Below, piece after piece: positions 20,166-29,374 of a DNA stretch of 64,000 nt. The first letter of the stretch is position 1. The number at the start of each line of letters is the position of its first letter. The notes beneath the pieces are model-generated. The model was not told where the DNA came from. It saw nothing but the letters and a program-made list of their open reading frames with translations, and searched no databases. The translations under genes and the position numbers were made by a program. The stretch is taken from positions 248,001-312,000 of the forward strand of contig CAWKCK010000002.1 in assembly GCA_963848135.1 (NCBI GenBank). Direction: 5' to 3'. The stretch comes from an uncultured delta proteobacterium (GTDB lineage: Bacteria; Desulfobacterota; Desulfobacteria; Desulfobacterales; SG8-13).

Positions 20166-20981
20166 ATGAACACGATTGAATCAGCTGGTCTCAGTGACAC
20201 CGGTAAAATAAGAAAAGACAATGAGGACTCGTTGCTTGTTGACGATGCTTTAGGGCTATATGTCCTCGCCGATGGAATGGGGGGACATCGCGCCGGTGAA
20301 GTGGCCAGTCAGCTGGTTGTCGAATCGATTCATGATTACGTTAGTGCTAACCATGAAAAGAAGGCAGAGGTTCTCTCCGGGTTCACCGATCAAACCCTTT
20401 CTCCTGCAGCCAACCTGATCTCCGAGGGGATTACGCTGTCCAATGAAGTTGTGCACGAAGCGGCGAATAAAAATGATGACTACCACGGAATGGGATCAAC
20501 AGTCTCGGTTCTCTATATCAATGCGGGTACGTTGGTTGCGGCCAATGTTGGAGACAGCCCCATCTATCTCATTCACAAAGGCCAGATTGAGACATTGTCA
20601 GTGATGCACACCGTCGTGGCAGAGCACAAGGCCGCCAACCCGGAGGGCGCCAATCAGATCGGCACAGAATATAATCATGTGCTCACCCGCGCCATGGGTA
20701 CTGAATCGACAGTCGAAGCCAACATCTGCGAGGTTCCGTACTTTATAGACGACAGATTGGTGATCGGCTCCGACGGATTGACCGACCTTGTTTCGCCGGA
20801 TGAAATTCTGGCGAACGTAACCCGTTACCCCCCGAAAATAGCCTGTCAAACCCTGGTAAATATGGCAAATGAGCGTGGTGGAACCGATAACATTACCGTC
20901 ATTGTTCTGCAAGTTGTTGACCTCGGCAAACGCAAAGCTAAAATTAGGACCCTGATTTCAAGACTGATTAACCTAAAGTGA
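20166..20981 (+). CDS. PP2C/Stp1-type Ser/Thr protein phosphatase
   Basis: R..NED, ADGMGGH, GST, NVGDS, SDGL and GGTDNIT. Confidence 0.93.
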   Translation: MNTIESAGLSDTGKIRKDNEDSLLVDDALGLYVLADGMGGHRAGEVASQLVVESIHDYVSANHEKKAEVLSGFTDQTLSPAANLISEGITLSNEVVHEAANKNDDYHGMGSTVSVLYINAGTLVAANVGDSPIYLIHKGQIETLSVMHTVVAEHKAANPEGANQIGTEYNHVLTRAMGTESTVEANICEVPYFIDDRLVIGSDGLTDLVSPDEILANVTRYPPKIACQTLVNMANERGGTDNITVIVLQVVDLGKRKAKIRTLISRLINLK

Positions 20982-21042
20982 GCGTTTCAAATTTTAAATG
21001 GAGGGGGAACTGCTTTATTCACAAGGAATTCTATCATCGTTT

Positions 21043-21192
21043 GATTTTAATATTTGAAACCTTTTGGGATTGCTGATCTTGCCGCATCTACGGCGTCATA
21101 TGCCGTCCCGCATAGCCGATACCGCCAGCGGCGGGACGGAACGACATCTTCCTTTTAGCTGCGGCAACCTCGACAATCGCTCAAATTAGGTT
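21043..21192 (+). repeat. Palindromic dispersed repeat of about 140 bp, copy 3
   Basis: Closely matches the reverse complement of copy 1 except in the central loop. Confidence 0.88.
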
Positions 21193-21252
21193 TAAGAGTT
21201 TACACAATCATTGGCGCTAATAAAGATACTGGAAAACTGAGAGGGTTTTAGG

Positions 21253-21963
21253 ATGCCAATTCTCACGCTTAAGTTCAAAAAGAATAAGATTGCGGATTTC
21301 CCGATGCAAAAAGGTCGTTCAATTACCATCGGTCGCCGCAGCAACAACGATATCGTTATCGAAAACCTCGCTGTTTCTGGTCATCATGCCAAAATCGATG
21401 CGATTGGTGACGGATTCGTTCTCACTGATCTTCAAAGCAAGAACGGTTGCTTTGTCAATGAACAGCTTGTCACCTCACACTGGCTCAAGCATGGCGATGT
21501 GGTCAATATCGGCAAACACACTCTCGTCTTCGCTTACAAAGGCGGAGAGTCCCGTCCCGATGATGCCGGAGGTCAGGCTGATCAAACAATTGTCATGGAC
21601 ACCAACCTCTACCGGGATATGGTAAACAAGACCCCTGCGACGGCGTCTACTCCGCCGGCAAATAAAAGTCAAATCATCGGTGTCCTCTCCTATCTTGCCG
21701 GCGGTGAAGGCGAAGTGTCTCTGACAAAGAAGCTCACAAAGATCGGTAAAGATGCTGCATCGGATATCGTTGTCAGTGGAATCGGGGTCGGACAAACGGC
21801 TGCAACCATCAGCATTCGACCGAATGGGTTTTATTTGAGCCATGTAGGGGGATTTTTTAAGGCCAAAGTAAACAGTGAAGCCATAAAAGATTCAATCCTG
21901 TTGAAAGAATTCGATGTTATAGAACTCGGTTCGACAAAATTGCAGTTCTTCACCAAGGACTGA
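21253..21963 (+). CDS. FHA domain protein (canonical N-terminal FHA plus a degenerate C-terminal FHA)
   Basis: IGR...VSGHHA...DLQSKNG..VN; the second copy IGK...VN...D.IELG lacks the pThr-binding residues. Confidence 0.9.
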   Translation: MPILTLKFKKNKIADFPMQKGRSITIGRRSNNDIVIENLAVSGHHAKIDAIGDGFVLTDLQSKNGCFVNEQLVTSHWLKHGDVVNIGKHTLVFAYKGGESRPDDAGGQADQTIVMDTNLYRDMVNKTPATASTPPANKSQIIGVLSYLAGGEGEVSLTKKLTKIGKDAASDIVVSGIGVGQTAATISIRPNGFYLSHVGGFFKAKVNSEAIKDSILLKEFDVIELGSTKLQFFTKD

Positions 21964-22791
21964 ATGTTCAATCGCTCTATAAACCCACTGCTTATTTACC
22001 CATTAGAACGCCACCGATTATGTCACTGGCTGAAAAAATTTCATGATATTTTCAGGTTGAGAACACTCTTGATATTTATGCTTGCCTGTTTAATGCCGCT
22101 AAATTTGCCCTCCCCCCTGAATGCAGAATCCGTTCTGCAAATCGGCCAATTTTCTGCCGCGGAGGAAGGCCCGCAGATGCCACCAGGCTGGGACTTGCGA
22201 ACATTCAAAGCCATCCCCAAAACCACGACCTATTCACTCGTTAAAGAAGCCGGTACCGTGGTGCTCCGTGCTGAAAGCCATTCATCCTATGCCGCCCTCG
22301 TAAAAAACGTATATATCGATCCACGAGAGTTTCCAATTATCAAATGGCGCTGGAAAACAAATGGTATTTACGTGAAGGGGGATGAAAGCCGGAAGGAAGG
22401 CGATGATTATACGCTCCGGCTCTATGTCATCTTCGAATACCAGCCGGAGAAACTCAGCCTATGGGAAAGCCTGCAATATCAGGCAGCCCGTTTAATTTAC
22501 GGAGAATACCCACCGACGGCCGCTATCAACTATATCTGGGCCAATCGTTCTCCCGTTGGATCGGTGATTCCCAATGCGTACACTCAGCGGACGATGATGT
22601 TCGTGCTGCAAAGCGGTACTCAGCGACTCAATACCTGGATCGAGGAACAGCGAAACGTCTATGAAGACTATCTGCAAGTGTTTCGGAGTGAACCGCCGCA
22701 CATCACCGCCATTGCAATCGCCAACGACGCTGACAACACCGGTGAATCGTCCGTTTCCTATTTCGGCGATATCGAATTACGACAAAAATGA
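21964..22791 (+). CDS. DUF3047-like exported protein
   Basis: WRWK, GDDY..R.YV.F, INYIWA, W..E.RNVYEDY...F and DADNT; signal-like segment. The true start is probably downstream. Confidence 0.75.
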   Translation: MFNRSINPLLIYPLERHRLCHWLKKFHDIFRLRTLLIFMLACLMPLNLPSPLNAESVLQIGQFSAAEEGPQMPPGWDLRTFKAIPKTTTYSLVKEAGTVVLRAESHSSYAALVKNVYIDPREFPIIKWRWKTNGIYVKGDESRKEGDDYTLRLYVIFEYQPEKLSLWESLQYQAARLIYGEYPPTAAINYIWANRSPVGSVIPNAYTQRTMMFVLQSGTQRLNTWIEEQRNVYEDYLQVFRSEPPHITAIAIANDADNTGESSVSYFGDIELRQK

Positions 22792-22915
22792 TCTATATAG
22801 ACTGAATAGACTGAAAAAAGTTTAATGGTGAGCGCTTCTGAAAAGCAAACCACCGCCACCATGGCCGCTGCTCTGCGTTTCCGCACACCCCGTCAGTGAA
22901 CCGTTAATTCAAAAA

Positions 22916-23479
22916 TCATTTTTTCACCCGCTCGACATAATTACCGGTACGTGTGTCGATCTTGACGGTCTCACCCTCGTCGACAAATGGCGGAACCTGA
23001 ATTTCGTACCCCGTTTCAAGGGTGGCCGGTTTGCTGTCTCCCGATGCGGTGTCTCCCTTTGCCCAGGGATCTGCCTTAACAATCTTCAATTCAACGAAAA
23101 ACGGTAGAGAAATGCCGATGGCTTTCCGGTCGAAAAGCAGAACGCTGCAGACTGTATTCTCTTTGAGAAGATTCTTGGCCTCACCCACCTGATCCGCACT
23201 CAACATGTCTTGTTCGTATGTCGAGGTGTTCATGAAACAGTAGTGCTCCCCGTCGTAATACAGGTACTCCATTTCAACTTCTTCCAGGTTGGCTTCGTTG
23301 AATTTTTCTCCCGACCGATAGGTGCGGTCAAATTGAGCGCCGGTGATCATATTCTTCAACCGGCATTTGTACAGGGCCTGTCCTTTACCGGGTTTGACAA
23401 AATCGAACTGAACAATGATGTAAGGTTCACCATCGATTTCGAGTTTAAGGCCTTTTCTGAGGCTTGAACTATCCAACAT
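22916..23479 (-). CDS. efp: Translation elongation factor P (PGKG loop)
   Basis: VKPGKGQA, KGDTA, KPATLETG, VPPF and IDTRTG.Y..R. Confidence 0.98.
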   Translation of the reverse strand: MLDSSSLRKGLKLEIDGEPYIIVQFDFVKPGKGQALYKCRLKNMITGAQFDRTYRSGEKFNEANLEEVEMEYLYYDGEHYCFMNTSTYEQDMLSADQVGEAKNLLKENTVCSVLLFDRKAIGISLPFFVELKIVKADPWAKGDTASGDSKPATLETGYEIQVPPFVDEGETVKIDTRTGNYVERVKK

Positions 23480-23566
23480 AGACGCCGTTCTCCTTTATTC
23501 ATGATTATTCATTTCATATTGTTCCACGCAAACAGGGTCCTTTTCAGGGCGACGAACGCGATCTCA

Positions 23567-24334
23567 TCATTGAGACCGGCGGACGGCGTCAACCAGGCAC
23601 TTTACTTTTTCAGGATCTTTTTTAAACCGGATCAAATGGCCGCGGTCGTCAATAGCATTGGTGCCGGTACAGCTGTCGACGCCGGCCGGCAGGACCGCCG
23701 ATAGTCCCACCGCGACGTTTTCCGGAGATATTCCGCCTGCCAGAATGACCGGTATGCGGGCATTCTCCACCAATTTGCGGGCCACCCCCCAGTCGCAGGT
23801 TCGGCCGGTAATGCCAATGAAGCCCTCAACAGGTTGTTCGGTTGTTGATACCTCAAGAGGCACATCGTTTTCAACGATCAATGTGTCGGTGAGGAAATAA
23901 TCGCTCACGGTCTCGAACAGGAGAGCCAATTCGAAAGTCGGCACCCGGTGGGAAAAACCAGACAGTGCAATCGGAACCGACCGCATGATGGCGATTTCGG
24001 GAAATTCCTTTTTGACGATTTTCTGAAGAGCAACCATCTTTCGGCAAGCATCACGAATCCTCGTATCGTCCGACAGGGAATCACAAAAGTGCACAATATC
24101 CGGTTGGTAATACTGCAGTATCCGCAAAATGGACTCAGGTTTGTCGAAGGTATTGAAAAGCGGTATCAGACTGCTCCGGCAACCAGCGGACTGTGTCAAC
24201 CGCACAGTATCGTAAAGGTCCGGGTTTTTCCATTCGTTCGCCGATAAAATGACACTTCCGATGTGGTCAACGCCCAACCCAATAATGATTTCGGCTTCGC
24301 TCGGCGTCTGTATTTCATAGATTTGTACAATCAA
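23567..24334 (-). CDS. Phosphoribosylanthranilate isomerase-like (TrpF family) TIM barrel
   Basis: G..CDW, PVILAGGISPENV and PAGVDS; divergent N-terminus (VQIYEI). Start uncertain. Confidence 0.7.
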   Translation of the reverse strand: MIVQIYEIQTPSEAEIIIGLGVDHIGSVILSANEWKNPDLYDTVRLTQSAGCRSSLIPLFNTFDKPESILRILQYYQPDIVHFCDSLSDDTRIRDACRKMVALQKIVKKEFPEIAIMRSVPIALSGFSHRVPTFELALLFETVSDYFLTDTLIVENDVPLEVSTTEQPVEGFIGITGRTCDWGVARKLVENARIPVILAGGISPENVAVGLSAVLPAGVDSCTGTNAIDDRGHLIRFKKDPEKVKCLVDAVRRSQ

Positions 24335-24548
24335 ACAATGTGTCCCGGATGCAAATGATGTCCCCACTGCCGCCACGCAACGTAGCACAATTCGGTTGAC
24401 ATTTGGTGCGCTGTCTACCATATTCACCCTGTTTTCGCAAACCGTTTCAAGCGGTTTCCGCCGGTTTATATACACTATTTGCGGACAACTCAACGGTTCT
24501 ACCACATCGTAAAATATAAAATCTCAAACCAGTATCAAGAGGTTTCCG

Positions 24549-26078
24549 ATGATCCTCATCATTGATTTTGGTGCGCAATACAACCAACTGATTGCCCGTC
24601 GGGTCAGGGAAAATCGCGTATACTGCCAGATTGAACCGCCGAATATTTCCATCGAATCCATCGCTTCGCTTAAGCCGGAAGGAATAATCCTCTCTGGGGG
24701 CCCCTCGAGTATCTACGAGAAAAACAGTCCGAAGATCGATACTGCAATTTTTGGCCTTGGAATCCCGGTCTTGGGAATCTGTTACGGGATGCAGTACATG
24801 GTGGATGCTCTCGGAGGAACGGTCCGGCAGGCAAAAAAACGGGAGTATGGATTTGCCGAATTGAACATTCGCGGTCAGAACGGTCTTTTTGCCGATATCA
24901 ACCCAAAGACCCAGTGCTGGATGAGCCATGGAGATTCCATCGAAAGCCTGCCGACAGGGTTTACTGTTACGGCCGCGACTGACAATACTCCGATTGCAGC
25001 GACGGCCCATACCAAAAAGAAACTCTATGGGCTCCAATTCCACCCTGAAGTGGAGCATACGCCCCTTGGGCGGAAAATGATTAAGAACTTTGTATTTTCC
25101 GTTTGTCGCTGCCGGCGAACGTGGACCATGAAATCATTTGCACGCGAATCGATCAAACGAATTCAGGAACAGGTCAACGACAAAGGCGTCATTCTGGGTC
25201 TGAGCGGCGGGGTCGACTCGTCGGTAACGGCAATGCTGATTCACAAGGCCATCGGCAAGAAACTGATCTGTATTTTCGTTGACAACGGCCTGCTGCGTAA
25301 AAACGAAGCCAAAAAACTAAAAGTAACACTCAATAAACATCTGGATATTAACATTCGTTTTGTCAATGCGCAGACGAAATTCCTTAAATCCCTTAAGGGC
25401 GTCACAGACCCGGAGAAAAAACGTAAAATCATCGGCAAGATCTTCATGGACGTGTTTGAGTCCGAGGCCGCCAAAATCAAAGATGCAGAATTTCTGGCCC
25501 AGGGAACCCTATACCCGGATGTGATCGAATCGGTTTCCGCCTTCGGCGGTCCGAGTTCCGTAATTAAATCCCATCACAACGTCGGCGGATTGCCGGCCAA
25601 AATGAAATTAAACCTGGTGGAACCGCTGCGATACCTGTTTAAGGACGAAGCCCGCAAACTGGGTAAAACACTGGGGTTACCCGATGAACTCATCTGGCGA
25701 CAGCCGTTTCCCGGTCCTGGTTTGGCCATACGAGTTATCGGGGAGATTACTGCCCGCCGTTTGAACGTTCTCAGGGAAGTCGATGACTTGCTGCTTGATG
25801 AAATCAAAAAAGCTGGTTATTATAGAAAGTTGTGGCAATCATTTTCCGTTTTGTTGCCGATTAAAAGCGTTGGTGTAATGGGCGACGCCCGCACATACGA
25901 AAACATTGTGGCACTTCGTGCAGTGACCAGCAAGGACGCCATGACAGCCGACTGGGCAAAATTACCCCACAGTTTCCTGGCGCGGGTATCCAACCGGATT
26001 ATTAACGAAGTAAAAGGCGTCAATCGGGTGGTTTATGATATCAGCTCGAAACCGCCCAGCACGATCGAATGGGAATAA
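24549..26078 (+). CDS. guaA: GMP synthase (glutamine-hydrolysing)
   Basis: [36 protein letters not shown] and KPPSTIEWE. Confidence 0.99.
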   Translation: MILIIDFGAQYNQLIARRVRENRVYCQIEPPNISIESIASLKPEGIILSGGPSSIYEKNSPKIDTAIFGLGIPVLGICYGMQYMVDALGGTVRQAKKREYGFAELNIRGQNGLFADINPKTQCWMSHGDSIESLPTGFTVTAATDNTPIAATAHTKKKLYGLQFHPEVEHTPLGRKMIKNFVFSVCRCRRTWTMKSFARESIKRIQEQVNDKGVILGLSGGVDSSVTAMLIHKAIGKKLICIFVDNGLLRKNEAKKLKVTLNKHLDINIRFVNAQTKFLKSLKGVTDPEKKRKIIGKIFMDVFESEAAKIKDAEFLAQGTLYPDVIESVSAFGGPSSVIKSHHNVGGLPAKMKLNLVEPLRYLFKDEARKLGKTLGLPDELIWRQPFPGPGLAIRVIGEITARRLNVLREVDDLLLDEIKKAGYYRKLWQSFSVLLPIKSVGVMGDARTYENIVALRAVTSKDAMTADWAKLPHSFLARVSNRIINEVKGVNRVVYDISSKPPSTIEWE

Positions 26079-26084
26079 CCAATC

Positions 26085-26948
26085 ATGAGCAATCACAATT
26101 CAGATGATTTCAAGTTCGGACTCGACCAGGAAAACCCTGAAGATGTTCTGCAAGTCTCCACCGAGGATAATCGCATTGCCAAGTTAAGCCGAAGGATCAC
26201 CGTCTTGGCCATCATCTTTCCCTGCTTGATAGGCGTTGCGTTGTTTTTCCTCTATCTTGATCTCAAAGGCCGGGTCATACAAAATCAGACCAGCGGTAAT
26301 CAGTCGTTTGAGGTTCTCTCGCAGGATTTTAGCGTTCAAATTCAGGATTTATCGTCAAAATTCACGCAACTGGAATCCGGAATTTCTGAAAAATTAACCT
26401 CATCAGAAAAGAGCATTGAGGATTTGAAAAATCAGATTGGTAAACTGGAAAGCAGTCAGAAGAAAACTAACAGCAATCTGAAAAAAATCGATACTGCCAA
26501 AGCTGATAAAAAAGAACAGGAGAGCCTGGCAGACAAATTGACAGACCTCTCGACTCAATTAGGCGCCCGCAATACCGAGTGGGACGATAAAATGACGAAG
26601 TTATCGACCGATTCCGATAAATTGAACGCCGAATTTGGAAAGTTTCGGCAAGATATCGGCCAATTTCGTCAAGAAATCGACGACTTCAGCACATTGGTCG
26701 AAACGAAAATAGACCGTAGAACGCTGCTGTTGGAAATTGACCGGCAACAGCAGAAAATGACGGTTCTCTCAGGCGACATAGAAAAGAAACTCATTACCAT
26801 CCGATCCGAACTCCGCCGATTGGATAAAGACCTCCAACAAGCCCGGCAGTCATTGCGCCCATCAGCGGGGGCAGCCACGCCGTCACCAGCCTCCGCGGGA
26901 CAGAGACAGCCCGATACCGGCAAGATCATCGAACAGAACCTGGAATAA
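26085..26948 (+). CDS. Hypothetical single-pass membrane coiled-coil protein
   Basis: One TM segment followed by a long heptad-rich region; lies between guaA and larB with short gaps. Confidence 0.8.
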   Translation: MSNHNSDDFKFGLDQENPEDVLQVSTEDNRIAKLSRRITVLAIIFPCLIGVALFFLYLDLKGRVIQNQTSGNQSFEVLSQDFSVQIQDLSSKFTQLESGISEKLTSSEKSIEDLKNQIGKLESSQKKTNSNLKKIDTAKADKKEQESLADKLTDLSTQLGARNTEWDDKMTKLSTDSDKLNAEFGKFRQDIGQFRQEIDDFSTLVETKIDRRTLLLEIDRQQQKMTVLSGDIEKKLITIRSELRRLDKDLQQARQSLRPSAGAATPSPASAGQRQPDTGKIIEQNLE

Positions 26949-26953
26949 CACCG

Positions 26954-27703
26954 ATGAATATCGATGCATTACAGGGGTTGCTCGACGCCGTTGCGGCCGG
27001 GACCACCCCCGTGGCCGAAGCCATTAACAAACTGAAACACCTCGCTTTCGAAAATCTCAATTACGCCCATATCGATCATCACCGATCGTTGCGCAAAGGG
27101 TTTCCTGAAGTCATATTCGGAGAAGGCAAGTCGTCGGATCAGATTTGCGGGATCATGCAAAAAATGACTACCCAGGAATACGTTGTCCTTGTCACGCGCG
27201 TTGACTCCCAGAAAGCCGCTGACGTCCTGACCCGTTTCCCAAAAGCGGTTTATCACAAAGATGCCCGCATGATAATCCATCAGAAACTCGCCCCCCCCCA
27301 AGTGGGCCGAGGGACGATTCTTGTCATAACAGCCGGCACCTCCGACATTCCGGTGGCGCAAGAGGCCTCCCTCACCGCATCCGCCATGGGAAACAAGGTG
27401 GAATCGATTTTCGATGTCGGTGTCGCCGGACTTCACCGATTATTTAACTATCGCGGCCTGATTGAAAAGGCGACGGTGATTATCGTTGTCGCTGGAATGG
27501 AAGGCGCTTTGCCGAGCGTCGTTGCCGGCCTGGTCGATCGACCAGTCATCGCCGTACCGACCAGTGTGGGCTATGGTGTCAGCCTGGGGGGATTGACCGC
27601 TCTGTTCGGCATGTTAAACAGTTGTAGTTCAAATGTTGCCGTGGTAAACATAGACAATGGGTTCGGTGCGGGCTACATGTCGGCAATCATCAATCGAAGA
27701 TAA
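26954..27703 (+). CDS. larB: Nickel-pincer cofactor biosynthesis carboxylase LarB (PurE-related)
   Basis: DHHR..RKGFPEVIFGEGK, AGTSD.PVA.EA, DVGVAGLHR, AGMEGALPS, PTSVGYG and VNIDNGFGA. Confidence 0.93.
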   Translation: MNIDALQGLLDAVAAGTTPVAEAINKLKHLAFENLNYAHIDHHRSLRKGFPEVIFGEGKSSDQICGIMQKMTTQEYVVLVTRVDSQKAADVLTRFPKAVYHKDARMIIHQKLAPPQVGRGTILVITAGTSDIPVAQEASLTASAMGNKVESIFDVGVAGLHRLFNYRGLIEKATVIIVVAGMEGALPSVVAGLVDRPVIAVPTSVGYGVSLGGLTALFGMLNSCSSNVAVVNIDNGFGAGYMSAIINRR

Positions 27704-27794
27704 ATGTTTCCCTGATGTAAAGCGCATCGGGGAGGGTAATCAACTTAGAATATTCTATTCCCATCGCAAACCAACGGCTGCGCTTCCAGTGTGA

Positions 27795-28205
27795 CTATTT
27801 CCGTAAAAAACACTCGTTGGCTTTGGCCAAACTGATCGAGGCAAAACCAACCGTAAATGACAGTGTGGTTTCTAAATCCACACGCCGGTTCTCATCCGGG
27901 GCCTCTTCCATCAACTTCCAGGCTTTCTGACTGATCTCGTACGATGAATAACACCTGCTGGCGGCGTTAACAAAACAGCTGTTGCCTTTATCCGCTTTTT
28001 TGAGCTTTTCGATAGTGCCTGCGGCAGCGGTCAGCAGAATGCCAAATTCATCGACGGTAATCCGTTTGGTGTAACCCTGCTGGAGGCTTTTCAATGAATC
28101 CAAAACGGCTTCTTCTTCGGGGGTCGGCTTGGGGGGAGCGAAGCATGCAACAAAGGTGGAAACGGTGAAAAGCAGCAGAAGGGAAAATGCAAAACGTCTT
28201 TTCAT
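27795..28205 (-). CDS. Hypothetical lipoprotein
   Basis: MKRR plus a hydrophobic stretch and FVAC lipobox-like site. Confidence 0.7.
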   Translation of the reverse strand: MKRRFAFSLLLLFTVSTFVACFAPPKPTPEEEAVLDSLKSLQQGYTKRITVDEFGILLTAAAGTIEKLKKADKGNSCFVNAASRCYSSYEISQKAWKLMEEAPDENRRVDLETTLSFTVGFASISLAKANECFLRK

Positions 28206-28436
28206 AGAGTTTCACCTTTACGTTCAGGAAATTTAGGTGCGCCCACACAAATTATGACTGTATTATACGCTAACTGTAAGGGATATTCAAGCCAAAATAC
28301 TGAAAATCAAGACAATTCCTCTCTTTGATCTAAATCCGAATCCATGTGCGGGACAAAATTTATGTGATGGTGCTTTTAGAACACTTTAGATTTTTCTGAG
28401 TCAGCCGATAATGATACCAGCGGTGTCCGTCCATTT

Positions 28437-28670
28437 TTGGACTTTGCAGAGCATCTTAACACAATCATTAATGGTATCATGCGAACCAAAATCCTCTTCT
28501 ACAGTGCAATCGGATTTTTCTACCTGGGGTGTAACAGTCAGGATTCCCTGTTGTATTTCTTTTTCGCGATTTATCTCTTCAGTCTGTCTGTCTGTTTCTA
28601 TTGTTATGCCCGTGAGAACCGCAGGCAAAAACCGGATACTGACCTCATTGCGGAAACAGACGGCGAGTAA
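28437..28670 (+). CDS. Possible small membrane protein
   Basis: Two hydrophobic stretches; weak support. Confidence 0.35.
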   Translation: MDFAEHLNTIINGIMRTKILFYSAIGFFYLGCNSQDSLLYFFFAIYLFSLSVCFYCYARENRRQKPDTDLIAETDGE

Positions 28671-28711
28671 CGGCGGCTATCACAAAATCTCAATGATATA
28701 GGGAACAGGAT

Positions 28712-29308
28712 TCAAAGCTTACCTGCCAAAATATCCTCCCATATGCGTTCACAAGACCGGGTCGCGATCTTATCCGATTCGATTAAATCCAAATTGATTT
28801 CAACCTGATATTCGGTGATTACCTGTTCGATAACCGCAAGAAGCTCGGCTGTATCATAACTCTCCAGCGCTTTGACCATCTTCAACTCGTCCCCTGCCCT
28901 GCTGATAAGATATTTCAATTGGACAAGGCCATCCTGATATGTACCGATTTTCTCGTCAAGTGCGTTGCAATATCCTGCTATCAGCTGTAAAAGTTGCAGG
29001 TTATGACGGATACGATGATCAGCGATCGCGTCGCTATAGGCCGTGTCCTTCAATTTCTGACGAAACGTCTTTATTTCATGGGTAAACTCTCTATCCTTTG
29101 CCATGAGATCCGTTCGGATCGAATGAGCAATGTTGATTCGCTCAGCCATTTTAGCATGCAGGTGGACAAGGGCATCGATTCCTTGTTCGATCGCCTGCAC
29201 GTCGGACTGATCTCCCCATGTCACCCTGGGCGCTGAAAATTCCCCCATAATTAGAGAACAGAATAATATTCCCATAAAAAATCTGCATCGTCCGATCTTC
29301 TGCTTCAT
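28712..29308 (-). CDS. Hypothetical exported helical protein, paralogous to the central domain of 29375-31237
   Basis: Signal-like N-terminus, RBS and similarity to the neighbour seen by manual alignment. Confidence 0.75.
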   Translation of the reverse strand: MKQKIGRCRFFMGILFCSLIMGEFSAPRVTWGDQSDVQAIEQGIDALVHLHAKMAERINIAHSIRTDLMAKDREFTHEIKTFRQKLKDTAYSDAIADHRIRHNLQLLQLIAGYCNALDEKIGTYQDGLVQLKYLISRAGDELKMVKALESYDTAELLAVIEQVITEYQVEINLDLIESDKIATRSCERIWEDILAGKL

Positions 29309-29374
29309 GCGAATATCCCTTGGCGTTACCCTTCTGAGGCGATGAGCTGGCGAATCTCATCGGTGACAAACAAA

